Part shown: piece by piece, positions 20,915-30,183 of the stretch
Layout of the letters: each line of letters starts with the position of its first letter
Numbering within the stretch: the stretch's first letter is position 1
Source: Paramoeba atlantica
Lineage: Eukaryota; Protista; Discosea
Assembly (NCBI GenBank): GCA_977017575.1
Contig: CDRNVI010000053.1
Coordinates: forward strand, 682,001-746,000
Length of the DNA stretch: 64,000 nucleotides
Direction of reading: 5' to 3'
The notes under the pieces: model-generated
The model's database searches: none
Told to the model about the DNA's origin: nothing
The model's input: only the letters and a program-made list of their open reading frames with translations
Position numbers and translations under genes: made by a program

Positions 20915-21388
20915 ATGATTCGTCGCATATCCTGCTCGGGAGTGTTTTCTTCTGTTCATTTCACTCGCTCTTTACACTGGCCGCTCTCACCACCCCCTAT
21001 ACAAGTGAAATATCTGGACGAAGATCCCTTGGAATTTGCTCTTCGGCAGGAAGCACGTCATTACGGTTTAGATGACTTTGATTTTAGTCGGGAGCTTGCA
21101 TTCGTTCGCATCAATGACAACCCAACCGTTGGGGAGTTTCGTTATATGACCTCTGAAGGGAGAGCCAACATGTTTTACGGTAGCAATCGTCAAGATTTCT
21201 ATCGCTATTTTACGTGGAAAGTATTAGGGGATCCCGAACATCTCTATCACTTTCGAACATATAACTCCGACCGCAACGGCCCTGTCTTTGTAAAGCCTTC
21301 GACAAAGAGACAGAATTTGTTCGTTCAGATCATCGATAAAGTCAAACAATGGGGTGGCATAAAGGCTAAAACGAATACCACTGCATAG
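20915..21388 (+). CDS. Hypothetical, probably mitochondrial protein, 157 aa
   Basis: ATG directly after an AG acceptor; Arg/Ser-rich, targeting-like N-terminus. Confidence 0.7.
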   Translation: MIRRISCSGVFSSVHFTRSLHWPLSPPPIQVKYLDEDPLEFALRQEARHYGLDDFDFSRELAFVRINDNPTVGEFRYMTSEGRANMFYGSNRQDFYRYFTWKVLGDPEHLYHFRTYNSDRNGPVFVKPSTKRQNLFVQIIDKVKQWGGIKAKTNTTA

Positions 21389-21858
21389 CGCAAGAAACGT
21401 ATGAAACGAACAATTTTCGTACAACTTTATTTTTTTAGTTTTCTTAAATGTTTTTATAATCGCATTCAATGTCGCTTTGTCCCAAATCGGGACAAAGTTG
21501 GGACATGCATTCTATGTGAATAGGCGCAGTTTATACATTGCAGGTATTACAGTTTATACATTGTAGGTACATGCGTGTCGTCCCATTTTTAAATACTGAA
21601 TTTCCTTTGATTATTACCGACAGTTTCCAATTTTGGTTACCTTTATTTAAGATGATCCCCTTCACGTTGTCTTCTCAAGTATTTTGTAATCATGTACACG
21701 TTTTTTAAGTGACATGGCTTCCATTTATTTTTGCTATCCAGATCTTATCCGGAAAGATTACGCGGCATTGCGCATGTCACATGTATTTTTTAGACGCGAT
21801 TACAAAAACTTTATTTTATTTTCCTGTTAAGCTATTCCTCCTACTCTTTTAGACCCCC

Positions 21859-22680
21859 ATGCAGAATCACGGTATACCTCGACACGTAAAGCTTCACTTC
21901 CAGCGCAAGTACGGCCAGCGAAATAAGGCACACGGAGCCTCCACTCCCTGGTGGAAAGGGCCGTGGTACATGCGGCCCATCCTGGATATCCATCGCTACA
22001 CCGAGACGCCCCGCGTGCTGTTGGATCGCGATCTCTTCCGCAACAAATGGCTCGCGAGTGTGAATCTCCCGGACAGCAGCCGGTGGGAGCGCGTGGTTAA
22101 CGGCGAACGTGTCTCGGAGGACCGCTATTTTCTGGTCGAGGAGGACGGCGAGCGTTTCCCGGTGAACTGGAAAGTGTATGGAGAACGAGTACAGCGAGAA
22201 CTTGAGGAGTCCATGGACGCGCTCCCGCAGTACACTCAGCTGCTTTGCGGGTGTCCTGTGAGTTGGCGAAAACTTGACATAGGGTGTGCGATTCCAAGGG
22301 GTATGTCCGTCCGCGAAGCTAAAGTTCAGCTAAAGCTCAAAGCAGGCAAAACGCATCAAATCATTCATCGCTGTTTAGAGCTTGCTGAGACAAATGCGAT
22401 TAATCAAAAAGGTCTGGATCGTGATCGGTTACGTGTGGCACGCATTACGTGTTATCGGAGCAAACAAGATGTACAAATTGATATCCGTTCAAAGGGATTT
22501 TTCGCTTGGAAGACTAAGAAGACGTCGAGTCTTCTCATCACGGTCGCAGAGGACCCGAATATGACGCTACCGGATCGTACCAAGCTTCCTTGGTGGGTGG
22601 AAGATCGACTGGCTCGCAACCAAATTTCCACACAAGCTGTTACTTTGGATGTCCCGGCTCTTACTTCAGAAGGTATTTAA
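21859..22680 (+). CDS. Mitochondrial ribosomal protein uL22m
   Basis: RGMSVREAKVQL...AETNAINQKGLDRDRLRV...DIRSKG...SSLLITVAE, an L22 fold with a long N-terminal extension. Confidence 0.8.
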   Translation: MQNHGIPRHVKLHFQRKYGQRNKAHGASTPWWKGPWYMRPILDIHRYTETPRVLLDRDLFRNKWLASVNLPDSSRWERVVNGERVSEDRYFLVEEDGERFPVNWKVYGERVQRELEESMDALPQYTQLLCGCPVSWRKLDIGCAIPRGMSVREAKVQLKLKAGKTHQIIHRCLELAETNAINQKGLDRDRLRVARITCYRSKQDVQIDIRSKGFFAWKTKKTSSLLITVAEDPNMTLPDRTKLPWWVEDRLARNQISTQAVTLDVPALTSEGI

Positions 22681-23035
22681 TAAACTATGAATGTTTTTCG
22701 ATTGTAGTAGGCCTGTATATCTATCGCACTTGATATCTTCTTTCACTTTCTAATTCCGAAAACCTTCAAAAGAAATTTCGAGAAAGAGTATTTCGCATGG
22801 AAGTTTTAATACCTTTTACATCTATTCGATGCTTACACACATTTGTGAACTTTATTTAGCTATCTAAGTCGACATATCATATCCATGGTTAGAATGCTAA
22901 TAGAACGTGTCATAAGATAAAAGTTGGTTAATTCGTTCATATATATTTTTCGGCTTGCTCTTCTGCATGCATGCATGCATGCATTTACGTTTTTGAAATG
23001 ATCGTCTCCCTTCCTATTATATTAAAAATTCGTTA

Positions 23036-23347
23036 ATGATTCTCCGCAAGATAGCATTCTCACCGTATCGTCGATCTCTTACATCTACTCGTACACTACA
23101 ACATTCAGCTAAACGGTTCTTGTTAATTACAGAAGGTCTTCCGCAAGGCAAGGTTATACCCCGCAAGTTTGACCACCCGCGACCTAAGTATGATCCGCCT
23201 TCCTGGTTTCAATGTTTTCGAGTGCTCACCGCTTGGTTTCAACTAAATTATTTTCCAAGTTTTTTTCTCGGTCTTGTCTTTATTGCATCATGTAATGGGG
23301 CATTTTCAACTCCATTTCCACCCGATCCTCATGATTTGTATAAATAG
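23036..23347 (+). CDS. Small single-pass membrane protein, probably mitochondrial
   Basis: 103 aa; basic presequence-like N-terminus and one hydrophobic segment (FPSFFLGLVFIASC). Confidence 0.6.
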   Translation: MILRKIAFSPYRRSLTSTRTLQHSAKRFLLITEGLPQGKVIPRKFDHPRPKYDPPSWFQCFRVLTAWFQLNYFPSFFLGLVFIASCNGAFSTPFPPDPHDLYK

Positions 23348-23764
23348 TGCTAAATTTATGTTCAAATGTGCAGTTTTGTTTCCCGTTCCGGCAGTTGAGG
23401 AGATGTGTGCGTATGTTTGTGAATATGTACGAAAGTGTAGTGGTATTTTTAAACTCTTATTATGATTTTCTCCATACGATTGTTATTTTTAATTGCACTT
23501 TTGGAAATTGGTCTGATGGAATCAACAAAATATTTTTTTGTATCACAAAGTACATTTTGCTTTTGAGCACCCCAAATTTTATTGGAGATAAGGAAAGCTG
23601 CGTTTGGTGCCACTATACCCTGCTATGAATAGTATGGCATCTTTTTCTCACAACTTTTATTTGAGTCCCTGAACTAGTTCTGTTATTTCCTGTTGAAAGC
23701 AATTTAAGTCCTTTACATCGATTTTGGTGTCTTTTAAACCTTAATACAGAAATTTTTGTCCAAG

Positions 23765-25642
23765 ATGGATATAACAGCAGAGTTGCTTCACGGAGCTAGT
23801 GTTTCTCGGGATAGACTTGCAGAGTGGCATCACAAATTTAGAGGAAAGCTATTCAATCTGGTTCCCGGTTTCTACGTGCGTTGCCGCCAAGAGGATTCTA
23901 CCGAGGGACAATCCGTCTACAAAGTGGCGCGAATTAAATCTATTCGATCCGATTGGAGCATGGAACTAGACCCATTGACCGAAGAAGATAAGCGACATTT
24001 TAGCAAGACGCAAAGTTATACAACAAACTATGATTGCGTGTCAAATTCCAAGATAACTGAAGGAGAGTACGAAGCTTTTCTCTCACAACTATCTGTTCCA
24101 CGTACGGATATTCTAACCAGTTGTCTCCGAATGGCAGAAAAGATGTCGCTCATACAAAATATTTTGCTTAAGGATGCAGATTTTGTCGCAAAACGAAAGG
24201 ATAAAGACGCGACGCAAGCAAAAGTTTCCGACTCCTCCATTCGAAATGGTTCGAAGCAAGAGGAAAAACTGATATTCAGTACCAACGTATTACTTCTGAA
24301 CGAGGAAGGGCAATATGGGACTACAGTTTCCCTCAGTACTCTTCTTCGTCATTCGGCTACTAATCGAAACACGTATTTTGAGCCTGACACACCGCGTATC
24401 AATGCCCTCCCAGTGTTATCTCCGTATATTCCTACTGGAGCAGAAGATCGGATGGCGTCTCATACCACCGGAGTGCTACTGTCGGAATTGGAAAGCATTG
24501 TTGGCTCTCCGACAATACCAATGCCAGATCCCTTCAAACTGACACAGACTATTATGCACGCTGGTAGATCTTCCGCGTACACCTCTTTTGACTACGGCAC
24601 GGAGCGCTCTTCGATTGCACAAACAATGAAAACCGTGATGGGTCTCTCAAAAGATTTGCTTTCGAAGGAGCCTCTGTTCTGCAATATCACGTCTCCCGTA
24701 TATGTTTTCGGAGACATTCATGGAAACTTTGCAGATCTGCGCTCTTTTCTTGGTGGTCTTCTTACATTTAACGACTTAATGATGCGGTACAGCGAACACT
24801 CATTTTTGTTCTTAGGCGATTATGTAGATCGCGGATCATGCTCTTTGGAGTGTATTCTCTACCTCCTTTGTCTGAAACTTCTCAATCCGAAAAAGGTTTT
24901 TCTTCTGCGAGGCAATCACGAGTCACCAGAGGTCAATGGAGATACAGACTGCTACGGATGCACTTCCTTCAAGTTTCAATGCCAAGAACATTTTGGGCAA
25001 GAAGTCGGGTTTGAGCTCTGGGCATTGTGTAATGAGGTGTTCACTCATCTTCCCTTGTGCGCTACGATCGATCAAAAAATATTCTGTGTTCACGGTGGCA
25101 TTCCTCAATATAGTGGAGGAAAAGATGATCGTATGGAGATACTCCGCGATTCCAATTTTCCGCGTTTTCCGTTGGTACAGTGTGACAGTGCAGATAACCG
25201 CAAACTTCGAGCTCTGGTGAATGACCTTTTGTGGTCGGACCCTGCCACTTCCCACATAGCGCTCGATGAGCACGGCTTTGGTCCCAATCCTCGAGGAGCA
25301 GATATTCATTCTTTCGGGCCCCAAGCTGTGGACGAGTTCTGCACCCGGTTTGGTTTCCAGTATATCTTTCGGGCGCACCAAGAAAAGGCTGATGGGCTGA
25401 GACTTTCTGATAGCGCTCGTGTGATTACTATTTTTTCTACATCTGATTATGCGGGGCATAGAAACGGGGCAGGGTGCATTTATGTAAGTCAGAAGAAGAT
25501 CCGACTTGTTATAAAGAAACCGCGCCCCGCACGAGCATACTACGCGAATGCTCGTTCTGATCCTTCCAGTGATTCCTATGAGGATGAATCAGCACCAAAT
25601 GGATACAGCGTTCCTGGATCTCCTTCCGTTGGGTCTTTTTGA
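23765..25642 (+). CDS. PPP-family Ser/Thr phosphatase with an N-terminal Plus3-like domain
   Basis: GDIHG, GDYVDRG, LRGNHE, HGG, DLLWSDP, RAHQ. N-terminus PGFYVR...VYKVARI...VSNSKITEGEY resembles Plus3. ATG at 23765 directly follows an AG. Confidence 0.9.
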   Translation: MDITAELLHGASVSRDRLAEWHHKFRGKLFNLVPGFYVRCRQEDSTEGQSVYKVARIKSIRSDWSMELDPLTEEDKRHFSKTQSYTTNYDCVSNSKITEGEYEAFLSQLSVPRTDILTSCLRMAEKMSLIQNILLKDADFVAKRKDKDATQAKVSDSSIRNGSKQEEKLIFSTNVLLLNEEGQYGTTVSLSTLLRHSATNRNTYFEPDTPRINALPVLSPYIPTGAEDRMASHTTGVLLSELESIVGSPTIPMPDPFKLTQTIMHAGRSSAYTSFDYGTERSSIAQTMKTVMGLSKDLLSKEPLFCNITSPVYVFGDIHGNFADLRSFLGGLLTFNDLMMRYSEHSFLFLGDYVDRGSCSLECILYLLCLKLLNPKKVFLLRGNHESPEVNGDTDCYGCTSFKFQCQEHFGQEVGFELWALCNEVFTHLPLCATIDQKIFCVHGGIPQYSGGKDDRMEILRDSNFPRFPLVQCDSADNRKLRALVNDLLWSDPATSHIALDEHGFGPNPRGADIHSFGPQAVDEFCTRFGFQYIFRAHQEKADGLRLSDSARVITIFSTSDYAGHRNGAGCIYVSQKKIRLVIKKPRPARAYYANARSDPSSDSYEDESAPNGYSVPGSPSVGSF

Positions 25643-26005
25643 CGGTATAGATTTTTTTCTTTTAGCATAGCGTAGAAACTTTGGGGTAATTCGCGATAAT
25701 AATTGATTCGTACATGTATATAGGACAACCGTTCTTAATATTTTGTGGGGATGCATAAGCAATCAATTCATAGAGTGTTGGGTTAGAATGAAGAGGTAGA
25801 GTGAGCGCATCACGTTTCTTTGGTTTAGTTGTTTGCTCTATTTTCTCCATAAATAAATTTAGAATTATCTAGCGCTCCAGCAACGAGCAATGTTCTAACA
25901 ATGTACCTCGAAATAAAGGCTTTTCTTTACTTTTCCAATAATTCGTCAGTTCTTAGTTCGTAACAGCTTGTTTTTTCTGATATATCAAGTCAAACGTGTT
26001 CAACA

Positions 26006-26989
26006 ATGATGCAACGTTCCGCTCGTCTGCTGCATGTGATGCCCCGTCCATTGAGTCCGAAGTTTTATACCATGCTTGATTCGAACAATTGGATTGGAGC
26101 CCTCGAGGTTTATGCTGAGCATCCGTGGCGTGCACCCCCTGCTGATACCTATGAACTCCTTAAACTCATCATGAACCAAACGGGTATTCGGGCAGAAGAC
26201 TTGTGCTCACGCTTCGAAGGGCGTATGAAGCATAAGCTAAGACAGAAGCGAAATGCGCACGAGGAAGTAGAATGGGTACGATTCTGGGAATTGATTAGAG
26301 ATGGAGAAATAACTGAGGCAATGCGAGGATTAGTGATGGGGAACTCGAGTGCTTCGAAAGGTGACGCGTCTGAAGTAATCTATCCCGCTAGGAAACATGA
26401 CAAAACTAACTTAGTTCTTCTTTGTGGGAAATTTTTGGAGGATGTTGGGATTGAAACTGTTACCCGAATGCCTTACAGTTTTGTTTCAAGGGCCAATATT
26501 GTTAGCGCCGCTTTGGAGTGCGGCCGATTGGAATTAGCCATACGTATGTTAGAATATACTAAACTTACCAAGCGCGAATGTGCCACAATATGGCCCCTAG
26601 TGGGTCAGTTTTCTTGGGTTGGAGGTTTGAAATTTATTGAGGCGAGTCCTCGAAGCTCAATCGATACCTCTGTGGCGCTCCCAAGCTTGCTTGAAAAAGG
26701 TTGTCCAATGCACATCCTAGTGGTGTATTTGGAATTCACTGGAGGTCTTCGAGATCGCATTGTCGTGAATACTCTACTCGAGCACGCTGTACGCAAATCT
26801 GATTGGGAGTTCGTTCGTCAGGGAATAGCTCACCTGGAAGATATTGACGCTCTTTCTCCACAGGCTCACCGTTGCTTTACACAGCACGTGGAACTACGTG
26901 GAATGGAGGCCATATGTCTTGCTGTCATGCGGGCTGGATTACGCTTTTCGGACCTCACCGTCCAACGCATCGAAAAACTATGTTCATAA
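26006..26989 (+). CDS. Hypothetical helical-repeat protein, possibly mitochondrial
   Basis: 327-aa ORF with an amphipathic helical pattern and a presequence-like start. Confidence 0.7.
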   Translation: MMQRSARLLHVMPRPLSPKFYTMLDSNNWIGALEVYAEHPWRAPPADTYELLKLIMNQTGIRAEDLCSRFEGRMKHKLRQKRNAHEEVEWVRFWELIRDGEITEAMRGLVMGNSSASKGDASEVIYPARKHDKTNLVLLCGKFLEDVGIETVTRMPYSFVSRANIVSAALECGRLELAIRMLEYTKLTKRECATIWPLVGQFSWVGGLKFIEASPRSSIDTSVALPSLLEKGCPMHILVVYLEFTGGLRDRIVVNTLLEHAVRKSDWEFVRQGIAHLEDIDALSPQAHRCFTQHVELRGMEAICLAVMRAGLRFSDLTVQRIEKLCS

Positions 26990-27248
26990 TTCATGGGTCG
27001 GTTTGTTTGTTTTTCACACCGAATGGTCTTGGTATTTTAGTTAAGTAGTTTTCGTATCGCTGGACACTCTTATTCTTTCTGTTTATTTCTCGGCAAATAA
27101 GTTGACTAATTTTCTGTAGACAAAACATGAATCGAGAAATGCCACATCAATTTCTAATTTTTTATTCGATTTGTGAAGGTATCACACAGCATTAATTTCT
27201 CGACATACATATCCTATTGTTACAATTCGATACAATATGTATGTATAG

Positions 27249-27740
27249 AATTTTTCTTTTTTTGTCTCTTCGTTAAAAGCAGTGGTTTTTTTCAACTTAT
27301 AAGTCACTTCGCATTGAAAACTACCTCCGCATTTAATGAAGAGACGAAAACAGATAAATTGTCCAGGCAAGAGAAAGAAACCGCAGGGATTTGTGCCAAA
27401 AAGTAGTCACTTTTTCGCTGAAACTCGGGTTATTTTTCTGTATTTCGCGCGACCATGCCCCCCTTGCTCGGAAAATTGCTCGACCATGCCCCCTCTGGCC
27501 TCCCTAGACCCCATTTTTTCGAATAGTTTTTTTTCAATTCTCAACTCACCCTGCTGGATCCACCCTACCCCGGACTCCATAAAGAAGGGAGAGGCAGAGG
27601 TTGTAAACAACCCCCGCAATAACGCGTCATTTATGAGCCTAGGTCATAAATTATACTTTGTTTCGTTTTATTTTTTAACTGATTTTGTTCATTTTTCTTT
27701 AATAATCGAGGGTAAAGTGGTAGTTATACAACCACCGCAA
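27249..27740 (+). mobile_element. Helentron/DINE-like element, internally deleted and diverged (copy 3)
   Basis: Keeps the 5' palindrome (tctcttcgttaaaagc...gcatttaatgaagagacgaaaa), aaaatttgctcgaccatgccccc-like segments and the 3' end gtggtagttatacaaccaccgcaa. Confidence 0.7.
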
Positions 27741-27828
27741 CATCGGTAATAAATGTTCTGTCTTTTGAACAATTATACAAAATATTGAACACTACTTTGA
27801 ACCGCTGATCTGATAGTGTCACAACTAT

Positions 27829-27847
27829 ATTTTTTTAGGTACGATTC
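27829..27847 (+). promoter_or_regulatory. Putative trans-splice acceptor (T-tract + AG) for RER1; similar sites at about 36781-36790 and 61505-61524
   Basis: atatttttttag lies about 10 nt before the ATG, the usual kinetoplastid acceptor layout. Confidence 0.55.
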
Positions 27848-28399
27848 ATGGAATATCCTTCTGGCTCATTTCCAATTGGCCCAAACGTGTCGGGAGTGTC
27901 AAACATGAGTCAACATTGGTCTGCTCGGCGTCAACGAATCCTTGACCAGCTTGTGCCCTGGTGTGCCTCGCGCTGGACTTCCCTGTCTTTCCTCATCTTG
28001 TACTATCTTCGTCGTGTCTACTGGCTTGGAGGGTACTATGTTATCACTTATGGATTAGGAATTTATCTTCTGAATGTTGCACTAATTTTTCTGACTCCTT
28101 TGAATGATCCAGAAGATGAAGATGATGGAAGCTCATCTCTGCCAACCTCAAACGACGAATTTCGTCCATTTGTTCGCCGCCTTCCCGAGTTCAAGTGTTG
28201 GCACATGGCTTTTTCTGCTACCCTTGTAGCTCTTTTCCTCACGCACTTTGAAATGTTTGACATTCCGGTGTTTTGGCCGATTCTTCTCCTTTATTTTATT
28301 GTCCTACTGTTTTTGACCATGAGACAACGCATTCAACACATGCTGCGTTACCGCTACGTACCGTGGACAGCCAATAAAAATTATTATGTTTCAACCTAG
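27848..28399 (+). CDS. RER1: Rer1 ER-retrieval receptor
   Basis: YYVITYGLGIYLLN, FLTP, EFRPFVRRLPEFKCW, FDIPVFWPILLLYF, TMRQRIQHMLRYRYVP. Confidence 0.95.
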   Translation: MEYPSGSFPIGPNVSGVSNMSQHWSARRQRILDQLVPWCASRWTSLSFLILYYLRRVYWLGGYYVITYGLGIYLLNVALIFLTPLNDPEDEDDGSSSLPTSNDEFRPFVRRLPEFKCWHMAFSATLVALFLTHFEMFDIPVFWPILLLYFIVLLFLTMRQRIQHMLRYRYVPWTANKNYYVST

Positions 28400-28825
28400 T
28401 GAATACTTAATTAATAGGTACACCACTTACTTTGGGATATTAGTATATTTCTCGTGGGGCAGATCGCGCGATAGATCCGCATGATTCTCCTTGAAGTGTG
28501 CTATTGTTTTCTGTAGTTTTGGTCTCGAAATTATTAGGCACCGATAGAAGCGAACCTGTTCGTTCTCCTCGTCATACTTTCGATACTATCTAGCCTGGTT
28601 TATTCCTTTTGGTTATTGCTTAACTTATATACTGTATACTAATGGGCGATTTTTTATAAATAACAAACATACAGTACGCACTGTACGGTTCGGGGTACGT
28701 CAGGAACTTTTATAGTACCTATATGAACTTCATAACATGAACTGATTAAGATTTGCATGTTTTCAATATTTGATACTTCAATATTTGTCCTTTTGCATAC
28801 ATTGTAGATCTCAAACGATCAGATA

Positions 28826-29971
28826 ATGAAATCATCCAAAACGGACGCGTCAATCCTGTTTCGGAAATTCTTTGGCACGAAGAATAAAGTAACTGCCGCG
28901 GAAGACAATCGTGTTCAAACCTTCATCTTCGAGAATGTAAAAAATAATGATTATTTGGAATATTTTCAGCAATCGCAGACAGAACTAAAGCATTTTTTAC
29001 ATCGTTTTATATCAGAAAGCAAATCTGATGTTCCTATTGCCTTGGTGTCATCGGGGGGAACGACAGTGCCTCTTGAGCAAAACGGAGTACGCTGTATTTC
29101 AAATTTCAGTTCTGGGAATCGCGGGAGCGCGCTTGTTGAGAGCCTTCTACGCCACGGCTATTATGTAATTTTTATATCCCGAAGAGGCGCACTGCAACCC
29201 TTTTTACGGCACTTTGCACGCGATGTTGGTGATAATGCTTGTGGTTCCAACGCTTTATATCCCTCCTTTCCCCTGCGGGTTGCACCCTTGGATTTCAGTC
29301 CCGATATTCAGCGGCGACATTCTCTTGACAACTGGATAGCAGAATCCGAAACGTTTAGTTCTCGATATATTACGCTCTATTTTGAAACAGTAGCAGAGTA
29401 TCTTATGACGTTAAAATATTGCTGCATTACGATTAGTGCAGAAATTGCGGTGCGACCACTCATGGTTGTCCTTGCGGCTGCTGTCTCCGATTTTTATATT
29501 CCTTTTTCTGCTCTTCCAATGCACAAAATTCAAAGCAAATCTGATTCTGGTGTCATACCTAGGTATGCTGACGAAATACATCAATCACCGAACTCGAAGT
29601 GGGAGAACGAACGTGTGGGAGAATTGCCTCCTTCTTTGACGCTAAATTTATTCCAGGTACCGAAAGCTTTGGGTCTCATATCGTCAAAGTGGCTTCCTAA
29701 ATTCGCTTTCGTAGTGGGCTTTAAACTTGAAACTGATTTCCAGCAATTGGACAAAAAGGCTTTTTCCTGTGCCAAATTAAACGGTCTTCCTATAGTGGTA
29801 GGCAACCTTCTGTGCACCTCTAAAGAGGAATTATTCATATACAGTGTAGATACTAATCTAAATTGCGAACATATGAAGCGAAGCCAAAATCGAGAAATAG
29901 AAATTGATCTGGTGGAGAAGCTCTGCAATCTCCACGTAACTTTTCATGCGGCAGCACTACGTAGTAAGTAA
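28826..29971 (+). CDS. PPCS: Phosphopantothenate-cysteine ligase (eukaryotic CoaB)
   Basis: LVSSGGTTVPLE...VRCISNFSSGNRG, LAAAVSDFYIP, HKIQS, VPKAL, GFKLET. Confidence 0.92.
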   Translation: MKSSKTDASILFRKFFGTKNKVTAAEDNRVQTFIFENVKNNDYLEYFQQSQTELKHFLHRFISESKSDVPIALVSSGGTTVPLEQNGVRCISNFSSGNRGSALVESLLRHGYYVIFISRRGALQPFLRHFARDVGDNACGSNALYPSFPLRVAPLDFSPDIQRRHSLDNWIAESETFSSRYITLYFETVAEYLMTLKYCCITISAEIAVRPLMVVLAAAVSDFYIPFSALPMHKIQSKSDSGVIPRYADEIHQSPNSKWENERVGELPPSLTLNLFQVPKALGLISSKWLPKFAFVVGFKLETDFQQLDKKAFSCAKLNGLPIVVGNLLCTSKEELFIYSVDTNLNCEHMKRSQNREIEIDLVEKLCNLHVTFHAAALRSK

Positions 29972-30183
29972 TGCTCTGTCGATTACTTATTGGTGTAGTT
30001 TTTTTCCTTTCTTCGGACGTCACCTGCCCTTTATTGCAACATGTTTTATGGGTTTTTTGGTATTGTTCTTCTAATTAATCGCTCCCGTAATTACGTTCCA
30101 CTCTTGTATTTTATGATAATTCTATTTCTATGCGTGAAAAAATTTTATTGGTTCGGCCATAACTTAATAAGCGCGTATTCTAA

